Part shown: in pieces, positions 20,902-31,293 of the stretch | How positions within the stretch are numbered: position 1 is the stretch's first letter | How the letters are laid out: each line of letters begins with the position of its first letter | Source: Candidatus Bathyarchaeota archaeon | GTDB taxonomy: Archaea; Thermoproteota; Bathyarchaeia; Bathyarchaeales; Bathycorpusculaceae | Direction of reading: 5' to 3' | NCBI GenBank assembly: GCA_963767735.1 | Contig: CAVYES010000004.1 | Location: 64,001-128,000 of the forward strand | Length of the DNA stretch: 64,000 nucleotides | Position numbers and translations under genes: made by a program | Notes under the pieces: model-generated | The model's input: the letters and a program-made list of their open reading frames with translations, nothing else | What the model was told of the DNA's origin: nothing | Database searches by the model: none

Positions 20902-22182
20902 CTAATCTAGTTGGAAGGCTTCTTCGCCGTGTTCGGCTAGGTCTAAGCCTGCGTCTTCTGCTTCTTCGCTCACACGTAGTGGCGAGAATATGTTCACGAA
21001 TTTCAGTAATGCGTAGGAACCGAAGAATGCGAATGGTACCACCACGCCAATTGCTATTAATTGAGGGATCATTTGGGCTGGGTTTCCGAAGAATAAGCCG
21101 TTAACACCGTTTATCGCTGCTGATGCGAATAATCCTGTCGCGATTGAACCCCAAATTCCGCCGACCCCGTGGCATGCAAACACATCCAGTGCATCGTCTA
21201 TTCTTGATCTGCCTGCTCTCCAGTTAGCTACCCGGTTGCAGAGAACTCCTGCTACTAAACCGATTATTAATGAGCATGGTACGTTGACGTAGCCTGATGC
21301 AGGGGTAATTGCGACTAATCCAACAACTGCGCCGGCAGCGATACCTGTTGCTGACGGTTTCCCTTTAAATACCCAATCTGCAAGCATCCAGCTTATAGCG
21401 GCAGTTGCTGCTGCTAAGTTTGTAACGACAAGCGCTGAGACAGCTAAGTCGTTTGCGGCTAATGCGCTGCCAGCATTAAAGCCAAACCAGCCGAACCACA
21501 GTAACGCTGCGCCCAGCAGTACATATGGAATGTTGGTTGGTTTGAATTCCGTTGCATGGTCTTTTTGATCCAAAGATTTCATTGCCTTCTTCCATGGAAC
21601 GGCGCATCCCTTTCTTCTCCCAACCAAAACTGCCGCTGCCAACGCTGAAATGCCCGCTGAAATGTGCACGACTATGCCGCCTGCAAAGTCGATAGCGCCA
21701 AGAGTGTGGAGCCAACCGGTTGGATTCCATACCCAGCAGGCTATCGGGCAATAGATAAGTGTAGACCAGAGCACCATGAATATTAGTAGTGACTTAAATC
21801 GGAATCTTTCTGCGCAAGCGCCAATGATAAGTGCTGGTGTGATGGCTGCGAACTTTAGTTGGAACGCGAATTGCAGTAGTTGGGGAATTTGTGGCGCAAG
21901 TGAAGTGTTAACTGCATTTATGCTTAGGTTGTTCATTCCTAGTAGGTTTGGGCTCCAGCCGATCAAGCCGTTGATAGTGCCGCCAAACACAAGCATGTAG
22001 CCCCAGAGTGCCCAGACTAAGCTTACGACCGCGAATATTACGAAGCATTGAACGATGGTTGATACCAAGTTTTTCTTTCGCACTAAGCCACCGTAGAAGA
22101 ATCCTAGTGCTGGCGTCATTAGCATGACTAGTGCTGTTGCAGTTATAATCCAAGCTATGCTTCCAGAGTCCACCATTTTCAT
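20902..22182 (-). CDS. amtB: Ammonium transporter, copy 2
   Basis: Same Amt motifs including both conserved His; close paralog of copy 1. Confidence 0.95.
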   Translation of the reverse strand: MKMVDSGSIAWIITATALVMLMTPALGFFYGGLVRKKNLVSTIVQCFVIFAVVSLVWALWGYMLVFGGTINGLIGWSPNLLGMNNLSINAVNTSLAPQIPQLLQFAFQLKFAAITPALIIGACAERFRFKSLLIFMVLWSTLIYCPIACWVWNPTGWLHTLGAIDFAGGIVVHISAGISALAAAVLVGRRKGCAVPWKKAMKSLDQKDHATEFKPTNIPYVLLGAALLWFGWFGFNAGSALAANDLAVSALVVTNLAAATAAISWMLADWVFKGKPSATGIAAGAVVGLVAITPASGYVNVPCSLIIGLVAGVLCNRVANWRAGRSRIDDALDVFACHGVGGIWGSIATGLFASAAINGVNGLFFGNPAQMIPQLIAIGVVVPFAFFGSYALLKFVNIFSPLRVSEEAEDAGLDLAEHGEEAFQLD

Positions 22183-22262
22183 CTGCCCTTTTTGACGTTT
22201 GTTTACTTGATTATTTTTTACCTCTACAGCTATTGTCTAGTTATATTTAAAATATACGCATC

Positions 22263-22279
22263 TGCAACACATTGTTGCA
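22263..22279. promoter_or_regulatory. Inverted repeat TGCAACA-cat-TGTTGCA upstream of amt copy 2
   Basis: Perfect 7-bp arms just upstream of a TTTAAATATA TATA-like box. Confidence 0.4.
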
Positions 22280-22574
22280 TAGTTATGTGCGATTGTTTAT
22301 TTTAATGGTCAATCTATCGATGTTCATCCAATTTTTCACCTGACTATATTCTGATAATGAAAAGTCGTTCAAAATTAAGCTTCTAACTGCATGTTTCAAA
22401 GTTATGGAAAACAGGGAAGTTTCTAAACCTTGCACAAATTTACAGGTTTACGTTAAAACGTTGATAAAAACTGCATAGCAATCGGCACAGAAACCAATTA
22501 GGCAAATTCGCATATTAGAAACTAAACATACAACTTTTCCTGGAAGGACACAAATGCCCAAAGCATTTTTTCAT

Positions 22575-23951
22575 TCAGACGGTGCTCTTCGCTTTTTCTT
22601 TCCCACTTTTTCTCAGCATTAACACCGCTGCAACTATTGCTAAAATGGCTACTACAGTACCAATTCCGTAGATTGCCTCATAAGATAAACTTGACTGTGA
22701 TGTAAGATTCGGAGGAGACCTACCGCTGCTGGTTGTTGGGGGCACTGCAGTTGCTGATGGAGTTGGGGTTGGTGATGTTGTTGGAGTGGGAACGGTTGAA
22801 GGTGTAGGTGTTTGAGTGGGTGTTGGGGCTGGAGATTGTGTGGATGAACTGCCCAAAGCATAAACGCTGCCGGCATCGGTACCCGCGTAGACTACGCCTC
22901 CTACAACAGCAAGAGACGAATCAACCATGTAGTCGGTGGGGTAACTCCAGAGCACGGCGCCAGAGGCAGCATTTAAAGCATAAACGCAATCGTCCTCTGC
23001 GCCGACGTAAACTACACCTCCGACAACCGCGGGAGAAGAAGCAACGCTACAGTTCCCAGTATTGTAGCTCCACATTTGGGCGCCGGTTGCAGCATTTAAA
23101 GCATAAATGTTATAGTCAAGTGAGCCGATGTAGACTACGCCGTTGACGACAGCGGGGGACGAAACGACAGGGGCACCGGTGCTGTAGTTCCAGATTTTTG
23201 CGCCACTAGCCGCATTCAAAGCGTAAACGTTATTGTCGCATGAGCCGATGTAGACTACGCCGTTGACGACAGTGGGAGACGAAACAACATATTGCCCAGC
23301 GTTGTAACTCCACATTTTTGCGCCAGTAGCAGCATTCAAGGCATAAACGTTATCGTCCGTTGAGCCTACGTAGACTACGCCGTTGACGACTGCGGGAGAT
23401 GAATAAACGGGTGAGCTGGTAGCGTAGCTCCAAATTTGGGCGCCGGTTGCAGCGTTTAAAGCATACACGTCGCCGTTGTAAGAACCTATGTAGACTACGC
23501 CGTTTAAGACAGCTGGAGAAGAATAAACAGGCGCGCTAGTGTTGTAACTCCACGAGAAAGCGCCAGTAGCAGCATTCAAAGCATAAACATCGCCATCATA
23601 GGATCCTACATAAACTACGCTATTGACGATGGCGGGAGACGACTCAACATAGGCGCTGGTGTTGTAGCTCCATATTTGGGAGCCGGTAGCAGCGTTTAAA
23701 GCATAAAGGTTGTCGTCACCTGAGCCTACGTAGACTACTCCGTCGGCAACAGTAGGGGAAGAATGAACAAAGGCGCCAAGGGTGTCTTTCCAAAGCAGCG
23801 TTGGCGTAAGAACTGGATTGCCGGCTCCTGCGCCGCTGTGAGATGGATCCGAGCGGAACATTGTCCAGTCAGCGTTTGCAAACGGAATCAGAAGTATGCT
23901 TGAAAGAAAAATTATGCAAACTACAGCTGCTACCGAATGAAACTTGTTCAC
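22575..23951 (-). CDS. PQQ-like (BamB-type) beta-propeller surface protein
   Basis: Eight 40-aa repeats SSPAVVNGVVYIGS.D.NVYALNAATGA.IW (120-nt DNA period); signal peptide, Pro/Thr linker, C-terminal TM. Confidence 0.92.
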   Translation of the reverse strand: MNKFHSVAAVVCIIFLSSILLIPFANADWTMFRSDPSHSGAGAGNPVLTPTLLWKDTLGAFVHSSPTVADGVVYVGSGDDNLYALNAATGSQIWSYNTSAYVESSPAIVNSVVYVGSYDGDVYALNAATGAFSWSYNTSAPVYSSPAVLNGVVYIGSYNGDVYALNAATGAQIWSYATSSPVYSSPAVVNGVVYVGSTDDNVYALNAATGAKMWSYNAGQYVVSSPTVVNGVVYIGSCDNNVYALNAASGAKIWNYSTGAPVVSSPAVVNGVVYIGSLDYNIYALNAATGAQMWSYNTGNCSVASSPAVVGGVVYVGAEDDCVYALNAASGAVLWSYPTDYMVDSSLAVVGGVVYAGTDAGSVYALGSSSTQSPAPTPTQTPTPSTVPTPTTSPTPTPSATAVPPTTSSGRSPPNLTSQSSLSYEAIYGIGTVVAILAIVAAVLMLRKSGKEKAKSTV

Positions 23952-24250
23952 GTGTATAATGCACCATTGTCTTTTAGCATTAAAGAACTATTAAAGTTCT
24001 TTTGCAATCCGCTATATAACACGTTTCAAAGGCTAAGTGCAGACTAAAATTCTAAAGTGAGAGTTTCTCTCTGCTCAAAAGAACCCCAAAAGTTAACAGG
24101 ACCATTTGCGTATCCAAAACCTCGAACCCGATGCTTCTTAAATACTCTTTATATAATGCGCAGAGAGATTCTCTGGACAAGCTTTAGGTGGGAGCAATGC
24201 CGTTTTCGATGAGGCATCAAAGAAACTGATGAACTCAATCACAAACGAAG

Positions 24251-25267
24251 GTGGAAAAAATGAGTGAAGACGTAATTAAGGCTGAAGGCCTTACGAAAGT
24301 CTTCAATGGCAACCTCCTTGCCGTCGACCATATAAACTTCAGCGTTAAGCACGGCGAAATCTTCGGTTTCTTGGGACCAAACGGCGCTGGCAAAACAACA
24401 ACTGTAAACATGCTCATTACCCTCCTAAGACCAACGAGCGGAACAGCTTCTATATTTGGCAGCGATATCGCCAAACAAAACTTTGACGTCCGGCACTCGA
24501 TAGGCTTTGTCCCTCAAGAGTACACTGCCGACGAGGACTTAACAGGCTACGAAAATATGCTTTTGTGCGCGGATCTTTATGGAATTTCCCGGGCAGCTTC
24601 CAAGAAACGTGCAATGGACCTTCTGAAGCTTGTTGAACTTGAAGGCTTTAAGGACAAGCTGGTGCAAACGTACTCTGGCGGTATGCGTCGAAGGTTGGAA
24701 CTTGCATGTGGACTCATCAACAGACCTAAAGTTCTCTTCTTGGATGAGCCAACGTTGGGTTTGGATGTTCAAACTAGAGTCGCAACTTGGAATTACGTTC
24801 GAATGCTGAAAAACGAGTTCGGCATGACTCTCTTCATGACTACACATTACCTTGAAGAAGCTGATGCCCTTTGCGATCGAATCGCCATAATTGACCACGG
24901 AAAAATCATGGTGATAGGAACTCCTGAAGAGTTGAAAGCAAGTTTAGGCGGCGATATAATTAAGCTCTCAATTCAAGAAGACACAGACATCACTGGGGTT
25001 TTGAAAAAGATCGATCACGTTGTGGACGTTAAGAAGGAGAATGATGCCTATCTGATAAGGGCTGAAAACTGCGAAGTGACGGCACCTCTGATTATCGAGG
25101 CTTTGCGCAGGCAGGGATACGTTGTCACCAGGCTTTCGTTTACAAAGCCGACATTGAATGAGGTTTACCTCCAATATACAGGGAAATCTATGCGTGACGT
25201 TGAAGAATCAAGGGAAGCCGTTAATGCTCAGAGGATGACAGTTAGGAGGGCAAGGGGCAGTGAGTGA
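24251..25267 (+). CDS. ABC exporter ATP-binding subunit (DrrA-like)
   Basis: GPNGAGKTT, YSGGMRRR, LFLDEPT, TTHYLEEA. Confidence 0.95.
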   Translation: MEKMSEDVIKAEGLTKVFNGNLLAVDHINFSVKHGEIFGFLGPNGAGKTTTVNMLITLLRPTSGTASIFGSDIAKQNFDVRHSIGFVPQEYTADEDLTGYENMLLCADLYGISRAASKKRAMDLLKLVELEGFKDKLVQTYSGGMRRRLELACGLINRPKVLFLDEPTLGLDVQTRVATWNYVRMLKNEFGMTLFMTTHYLEEADALCDRIAIIDHGKIMVIGTPEELKASLGGDIIKLSIQEDTDITGVLKKIDHVVDVKKENDAYLIRAENCEVTAPLIIEALRRQGYVVTRLSFTKPTLNEVYLQYTGKSMRDVEESREAVNAQRMTVRRARGSE

Positions 25268-26180
25268 GGAGGATGGCCAAGTTTCTAAGAATAGGCTGCA
25301 TGGTCTTTGGGCCTTGACGAATCGCGATCTGAAAAAATGGTATAAGGCTCCCATAGTCTTCTTACTAACGATACTTCAGCCGATTGTTTGGATGGGTTTG
25401 CTGGGCAAATCATTGAATATAGGCGCAATATTCAGCACCAGTCAAATACCTCCCATTTCGTTTAACCCACCGCTCACGCTGTCACAACTCGGCCAATTAA
25501 GCAGCTCAATCCACGGTTTATCCGCAATTATAATGAAAAATACATTCGGCGTCACCGACTACTTCTCCTTTATGGCTATGGGCATGGTTACGTTCGCCAC
25601 GCTTTTCACCGCTTCCTATAGTGGCATGTCTGTAGTTTGGGATCGGCGACTGGGTTTTCTAAACAAGGTTCTAAGCACTCCCGTTTCAAAATCGGTAATA
25701 ATACTGTCAAAGGTTCTTTCAGCAGCGTTGCGATCAATTTTTCAAGCTGGAATCGTGGTAGCTGTAGCAATCGTCTTTGGCCTTAAATTGGGCACAAACT
25801 TCAATGCTTTAAGTATCCTTGGAGTTTTCGCCGTTGTTTTCCTAATCGGCATGGGGTTGTCATCGCTCTTCATTGCAATTAACTTGAGGGCGACAAGAAT
25901 AGAAACTCCTCAGGCCGTGATGACTCTGTTCACGCTGCCCATAATCTTTGCCAGCAACGCATTTGTTCCAATCAGCCTGATGCCAAGTTGGTTGCAGGCA
26001 ATAGCTAATGCAAACCCGCTGTCATACACCACCGATGCAGTGAGACGACTAATGATATTTAGTAATGGGATAGGCAAATTTCCATTTTCCCTTCCATTTG
26101 ACTTCGCCTACGTTGGAGTATTCGCTGCAGTGACGACGACAATCGGCGTGGTTCTTTCTTGGCGGTTTCTGAACAAGTAA
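25260..26180 (+). CDS. ABC-2 type permease
   Basis: DR..GFL...L.TP, P.WLQ.IA..NPLSY; overlaps the ATPase stop. Confidence 0.92.
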   Translation: MSEEDGQVSKNRLHGLWALTNRDLKKWYKAPIVFLLTILQPIVWMGLLGKSLNIGAIFSTSQIPPISFNPPLTLSQLGQLSSSIHGLSAIIMKNTFGVTDYFSFMAMGMVTFATLFTASYSGMSVVWDRRLGFLNKVLSTPVSKSVIILSKVLSAALRSIFQAGIVVAVAIVFGLKLGTNFNALSILGVFAVVFLIGMGLSSLFIAINLRATRIETPQAVMTLFTLPIIFASNAFVPISLMPSWLQAIANANPLSYTTDAVRRLMIFSNGIGKFPFSLPFDFAYVGVFAAVTTTIGVVLSWRFLNK

Positions 26181-26271
26181 ACTTCAAAAACGAATGTGAA
26201 ATTTATTGCATCTGGCATCCCTATTCAACTCTGAGAAATCTTCATAAGGCTGTGATATTATTAGAAACAAG

Positions 26272-27096
26272 ATGCTGAAAAAAAGGGCAAAAGAACCGGA
26301 GTTTGTAGCCGCGGAAGGGCGTCCCAGATGCTTGTGTGTTTTGCTTTGTTACAATGACGGCGATATCCTCGAAGACATCATCCTTCACATGTTGAAAAAT
26401 CACCATGACATTGTCGTTTGGGACCATGGATCAGACGACGAGACCCCTCAGGTCCTCGATAAATACGACTCAAAATTTGTTGAGCGAAAACTTGTCCCGC
26501 GGTCTGTGGATTTCTACGACTTGTACCAGAAAATGTCACAGAACCTCATTAGCAATTACATCAAACAGTATGATTGGATATCTTGGCCAGATGACGACGA
26601 AATACTTGAAGGCCCAGAGATGACTAAAACTTATTACGAGCACCTCTGCGTTGTATATTTTTCTCGGTATAATTACATACAATTCAACAATTTCAATTAC
26701 TGGTTCACAGAAAAAGACGATAACACCATCGCATCGCCTGTCCAAAGAATACGGTACTATTCGATATTTCCTGATTGCGCTCCAAGGATACGTTCGTGGA
26801 GAGCCTCAGCGACTAACATAAGAAATTTTAATCATAATCCCCTAAAAGGAAAAAAATACCCTGTTAATTTTAACTTAAAGCATTACCCCATGAGGTCTTA
26901 TGAGCAGATGATCAGGCGCATCACTAAAGACAGAGCGAACCTTCAGAGAGGCGGGATGAACTATCACTACAACAACATGAAAAAAGACATGGCAAAAATG
27001 ATGCTAAAACCAGAACAACTCTACTATGACGACGGCAACTCCGAATTAAAACCCTACCCAAAATACAATTGGAGAGAAATATACGGATACGGCTAA
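26272..27096 (+). CDS. Glycosyltransferase family 2-like protein
   Basis: YND.DIL, DHGSDDET, WPDDDE (DxD), LKHYPMRS. Confidence 0.8.
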   Translation: MLKKRAKEPEFVAAEGRPRCLCVLLCYNDGDILEDIILHMLKNHHDIVVWDHGSDDETPQVLDKYDSKFVERKLVPRSVDFYDLYQKMSQNLISNYIKQYDWISWPDDDEILEGPEMTKTYYEHLCVVYFSRYNYIQFNNFNYWFTEKDDNTIASPVQRIRYYSIFPDCAPRIRSWRASATNIRNFNHNPLKGKKYPVNFNLKHYPMRSYEQMIRRITKDRANLQRGGMNYHYNNMKKDMAKMMLKPEQLYYDDGNSELKPYPKYNWREIYGYG

Positions 27097-27270
27097 CGGC
27101 ATCAAAAAAACAGCAGAATTCACACGAATTTCATAAGCGGCTGAAAATGTTTTTTAGTTTAAGGCTTTTTTTTTACCTTAGAACGTACTTATAACAGTCA
27201 AAAAACGGCTTTTAGGAACAAACAGTGAGGGAGTAACCTGAATGCGTCAACTTATCTTCTTCAGTAAATA

Positions 27271-29091
27271 TTACGAGAAGTTTACAGCCACCTTGGAGGT
27301 AGCGCCTGTGACCACGATTTCCCCTGTCGAAGTCGAGTAGCTCCAACCGCTTCCTGGCGAAGTTTGTAGTACGCCGTCAATGTCTACTGATATAGGTTGA
27401 GCGTTCACGGAAAAGGTTTGGTTTCCGCTTCCGCTGACAGCATAGGTTATGTTGCTGTTCGGGTTATAGTTGCTTATCGTCACATTAGCGCCGAGTGCTG
27501 TCACTGTAAAGCTTGAAGTAGCTCCGTTCAAAGTCAAATCGTTAAAAGTTAACGCGTCGCCGTACTGGCTGAAACCGTTCAAGCTTACTTGGCTGTTGAA
27601 GCTTACACTAAAGCGGCTCGCACCGAAAAAAGGAGTGTTGGCTGCGATGTTGACGGCTGAAGATGAATAAGGCGTAAGGTTCGCTGTAAAGCTGTATTGA
27701 TCCACTGAATCAGTCAGGTACAGCATGGGTGTAAGATAGGTCGAATAGGTGTAAGCATTTACAACTGGGTTTGCGGGGTTGCTCATGTTGAAAGTATAAA
27801 TTCGCGCGGTTGCCGCACCCGTTTGATCATCCACTTCTTGCATGTTGAAGAAGCATTCTTCTCGGTTTCCTATTCTCACGTTGCATGCTGTCCCACCATC
27901 ATCAATGTCGTGCCCATTTAGCGTCATAAACACGTTAGAATAGCTATTTAGTAGATTTTCAAGGTTAGTGGCCCACTTAACGTCGGTCGGATCCACTGTC
28001 CAGCCATACGTTCCATTTCCATTAAGAAAATTATGCGTTGCCACAATCACGTTTACATTTGGGTTGCATTCAAGAAGCGTTTGCATCCAATCTAAAACGG
28101 TTTGGTTAGCATCATATTCGATGTTAATAACCATAAAATGGTAATTGCCATAACTAAATTTTACAGCTGTGTCTTTGCCAAAGTTAATGTCCCCTACCCA
28201 GTAAGGCAGCTGCCTCATAACTGTAACGTTGAAAGCAAGATAGTTTTCCCCTAACCACCCCGAGCTTGGACTTCCACCCCCAGGAGCTGAACTGTAAAAT
28301 GTATCGTGGTTTCCAGCATCCCAACAGTAAGGCACACCATTATTGTATAGCGTCATCATCGCAGTGTTGGCATTTCTCCAATCAGTCGTAGAGTTGGCAT
28401 CCTGAACAATGTCGCCCGTGTGAATAACCATCGCAAGATTCAAAGCGCCACTATTATTCGCTATCCAACTGGTTAATCCATCATACAAGGTAGGGTTGGA
28501 ATCACTCAAATATTGAGTATCCGTTATCTGAATTATGCTAAATCCATCAACGCTTGGAAGAGTATTCTCTAGCGAAGAAACCTTGCTTTGCAGGTTAGTA
28601 ACTTGTTGGTTTAATAAATCAATCTCCAAGTCATCTGACGCTATTTGACCCTTAGCGCTTGTTGTGTTAAACGAATTAATTTCTGAGTTATCGTTTGCTA
28701 ATGAGTTTTGGGCTGATGTAAGTTGACTTTGGAGTTGTGAGACCGCAGTTTTTTCTGATGTGATTTGGGTTTGCAGGTTTGACATTTCCGTTTTAATTGA
28801 ACTTATTGTTGTGTTGTCAGAGATAATTGTCGAGTTGTCAGTTACCGTTTGGTTTTGAAGGTTTGCGTTTTGGTTCTGCAGCGTGCTAATTTGGTTTTGG
28901 TCGCTTGTTATTTGGGCATCTTTACTGTTTAGCGCTGATGTGTAATTGGCAACTACTCCACCAATGACAATTAGTAAGGCGAGGCATAGCAATCCTATTC
29001 CTAGAGCAACTTTTCTGTTTACAACTTTCTTTTCGCCTAAGACTCGCCACCTCTTTTGCTTTAGACCTTTATGAATAGATAAATAAGGCAT
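27271..29091 (-). CDS. Membrane-anchored coiled-coil plus calcineurin-like metallophosphoesterase (true start possibly TTA 29040)
   Basis: TM, Gln/Asn coiled coil, then TDTQ, HTGD, GNHD, ATH, NGH. Confidence 0.85.
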   Translation of the reverse strand: MPYLSIHKGLKQKRWRVLGEKKVVNRKVALGIGLLCLALLIVIGGVVANYTSALNSKDAQITSDQNQISTLQNQNANLQNQTVTDNSTIISDNTTISSIKTEMSNLQTQITSEKTAVSQLQSQLTSAQNSLANDNSEINSFNTTSAKGQIASDDLEIDLLNQQVTNLQSKVSSLENTLPSVDGFSIIQITDTQYLSDSNPTLYDGLTSWIANNSGALNLAMVIHTGDIVQDANSTTDWRNANTAMMTLYNNGVPYCWDAGNHDTFYSSAPGGGSPSSGWLGENYLAFNVTVMRQLPYWVGDINFGKDTAVKFSYGNYHFMVINIEYDANQTVLDWMQTLLECNPNVNVIVATHNFLNGNGTYGWTVDPTDVKWATNLENLLNSYSNVFMTLNGHDIDDGGTACNVRIGNREECFFNMQEVDDQTGAATARIYTFNMSNPANPVVNAYTYSTYLTPMLYLTDSVDQYSFTANLTPYSSSAVNIAANTPFFGASRFSVSFNSQVSLNGFSQYGDALTFNDLTLNGATSSFTVTALGANVTISNYNPNSNITYAVSGSGNQTFSVNAQPISVDIDGVLQTSPGSGWSYSTSTGEIVVTGATSKVAVNFS

Positions 29092-29418
29092 CTGAGTTCT
29101 TTTTAAAACCTTGCTACGATTGCTTTATTGCCCCCTGATGAACAAGAATTGCAGGCTAAACACATACGTGCTATTTTCCCAACCTGCTTCAGCAAATAAT
29201 GTCGGGGACAAAGAAGCGCGCTTAACTATCCGCCGAAAAGTTATTAATAATAAAATTCTCATAATGCTAAAGTCAACGAAGTGAAGCCGTCTATCTCATA
29301 CTGCACTTGTCATTTTATCGTAAGCTTCTAAGAACCCTTTCATTTCTTTGAAAAATCCCGTGCAAACCCATTTCTGAGAATAGCCCAAAATTTTAATCAA
29401 ATAATTAAATAGTTTTAT

Positions 29419-29889
29419 TTAAGGTAGCGAAGAAATTTGGCTTTGCAGGTCTGAAATCTCTTGGTTTAATGCATTAATTTCTGAGTTTACTGATGCTATG
29501 TCATCCTTAAGGGTTGTTATGTTTGATATGGGCGTGTTATCGGATGCTAATTCACTCTGATACAATGAAAGTTGATTTTGAAGCTGCGTGACTTCAGATT
29601 TGTCTGATGTAATTTGGGTTTGAAGGCTTGAAATTTTGGTGTTCAATGAACTTATTGTCGTGTTGTCAGAACTAATTGTCGAGTTTTCAGACGATGTTTG
29701 GTTCTGAAGGTTTGCATTTTTGTTCTGTAGCGTTCCGATTTGGTTTTGGTCGTTTGTTATTTGGTCATCTTTAGTCTTTAGCGCTGATGTATAATTAGCC
29801 ACAAATACTCCTATGATGATTAATAGCGCGAGGCATAACAATCCAATTCCTAAAACGATTTTTCTGCTCACCACTTTCTTTTCACCCAA
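29419..29889 (-). CDS. TM plus coiled-coil protein; paralog of the N-terminus of the adjacent phosphoesterase
   Basis: MGEKKVVSRKIVLGIGLLCLALLII vs LGEKKVVNRKVALGIGLLCLALLIV; ends at SSLP, where the paralog enters its catalytic domain. Confidence 0.8.
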   Translation of the reverse strand: MGEKKVVSRKIVLGIGLLCLALLIIIGVFVANYTSALKTKDDQITNDQNQIGTLQNKNANLQNQTSSENSTISSDNTTISSLNTKISSLQTQITSDKSEVTQLQNQLSLYQSELASDNTPISNITTLKDDIASVNSEINALNQEISDLQSQISSLP

Positions 29890-30157
29890 AGGATTGTCAC
29901 CCGTCTATGGACCTTTACGTCAGATAACTTGCATCCGTTTCTTATTAAAACTTTGCAGAAATAGCAGTTTTATCCTAAAAAAATGATAATTGCAAGCTAA
30001 ACATGTACAAACTACCTGACTATGCTCGAGCAAATGATGTCGGATCCAGGCAGAGGACTAAAGGTTATGCAGGTTTTGCTTTGGATTAAAATTTATCCCA
30101 AATAAATGTTGATTTCTCTCTCAGCTTGGCTGGCAACAGCTCCTCTGAGGTTTGCTA

Positions 30158-31003
30158 TTAACCACTTTGCTTCTCAAACAGTGCGTTAGGCGCTAAGCTT
30201 GGATACTCTTTCATGATGTTTTGAAGTTTTTGCAACGACACGTTTTCGATAACAAAAGTCGATGGAGCCAACTCAACTCCGCCTTTTTGCCAAAGAGAAT
30301 CAACAATCTTGCTAACAATCTTACTTTCGTCAACCTTGGGTTCAAAGACTGCAAACCGAACCCTGAAGCGATTTTTCTTCAAGATCTGGAAGATTTCACC
30401 CAATTTTTCACGGAGATAATAAGGATGCAATTCTACCAGAATTTTCACATCTCCTTTAAGTGTCTGGAGCATCCCTCTTAAAATTTCGTATTCATAACCT
30501 TCGACATCCATCCGAATAAGATTTGGCGAAGACTTATTCTTGAGGAACGAGTCCACTGTTTCTTTAGAAACGCTCTGGGTTCCAATAATTTGGCCTACGG
30601 TGGAGCTTTTATTCATGGAGCATAGATTAGAAAAGTTGGAAACATAAATCTTAGATTCTTCGTTGCACTCTCCAATCGCTAGTTGGAAAATATCAACGTT
30701 TTTTAAATTATTCAGGCGCACGTTCTTTTTCAGTAGCTCGATGTTACCTTCGACGGGTTCGACTGCATAGACTTTTCCCTTTGCCCCTACGAGTTGAGAC
30801 TCGATTAATACGTAGTAACCGATGTTGGCACCAATATCTAAGACGACATCCCCCTCCTTGAGGACGCCGCCACCAATCAAATGATCAGTGCACATAACCT
30901 CCCTTTTCCTGTGCAAAAATAACTCCCTGTGAATAGCTCCCTTTTTCGGATAAACAAGCATTTTGGAGTTGTTTACTTCTACAATGGCTCCGTTTTTAGG
31001 CAT
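30158..31003 (-). CDS. FkbM-family methyltransferase (N-terminus may extend to ACG 31129 / ATA 31132)
   Basis: VLDIGANIGYY, AVEP, MDVEGYE, VELHP. Confidence 0.9.
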   Translation of the reverse strand: MPKNGAIVEVNNSKMLVYPKKGAIHRELFLHRKREVMCTDHLIGGGVLKEGDVVLDIGANIGYYVLIESQLVGAKGKVYAVEPVEGNIELLKKNVRLNNLKNVDIFQLAIGECNEESKIYVSNFSNLCSMNKSSTVGQIIGTQSVSKETVDSFLKNKSSPNLIRMDVEGYEYEILRGMLQTLKGDVKILVELHPYYLREKLGEIFQILKKNRFRVRFAVFEPKVDESKIVSKIVDSLWQKGGVELAPSTFVIENVSLQKLQNIMKEYPSLAPNALFEKQSG

Positions 31004-31293
31004 GTACCTGATGCGCTGAATTGGCCGCAGAAGAAGAGCCTCTAGTAGTACTGCGGTAACTATGGACGTTGTCTTTTCAAAGCCTCTCGCACGAGCATCT
31101 TTAATAGTTTTATGAAATGGAATTGGCGTTATCGCGAACCTCTCAATTCTTCACCGTGCAACACTTCGTTTTCTTTACTAACTGCCTTTTTTATCCTTAA
31201 ATTGTTTTCCCAAGTTAGATACTGACTTTATAATGCGCTATCGCATAACCAATATCGTAAAACCAATAGAAACGGAAGCATGGAGAACCAAAC

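Noticed and set aside
22860-23760. Regular 120-nt repeats resembling a CRISPR array
   Set aside because: They are in-frame propeller blades with synonymous variation; there are no unique spacers or cas genes.
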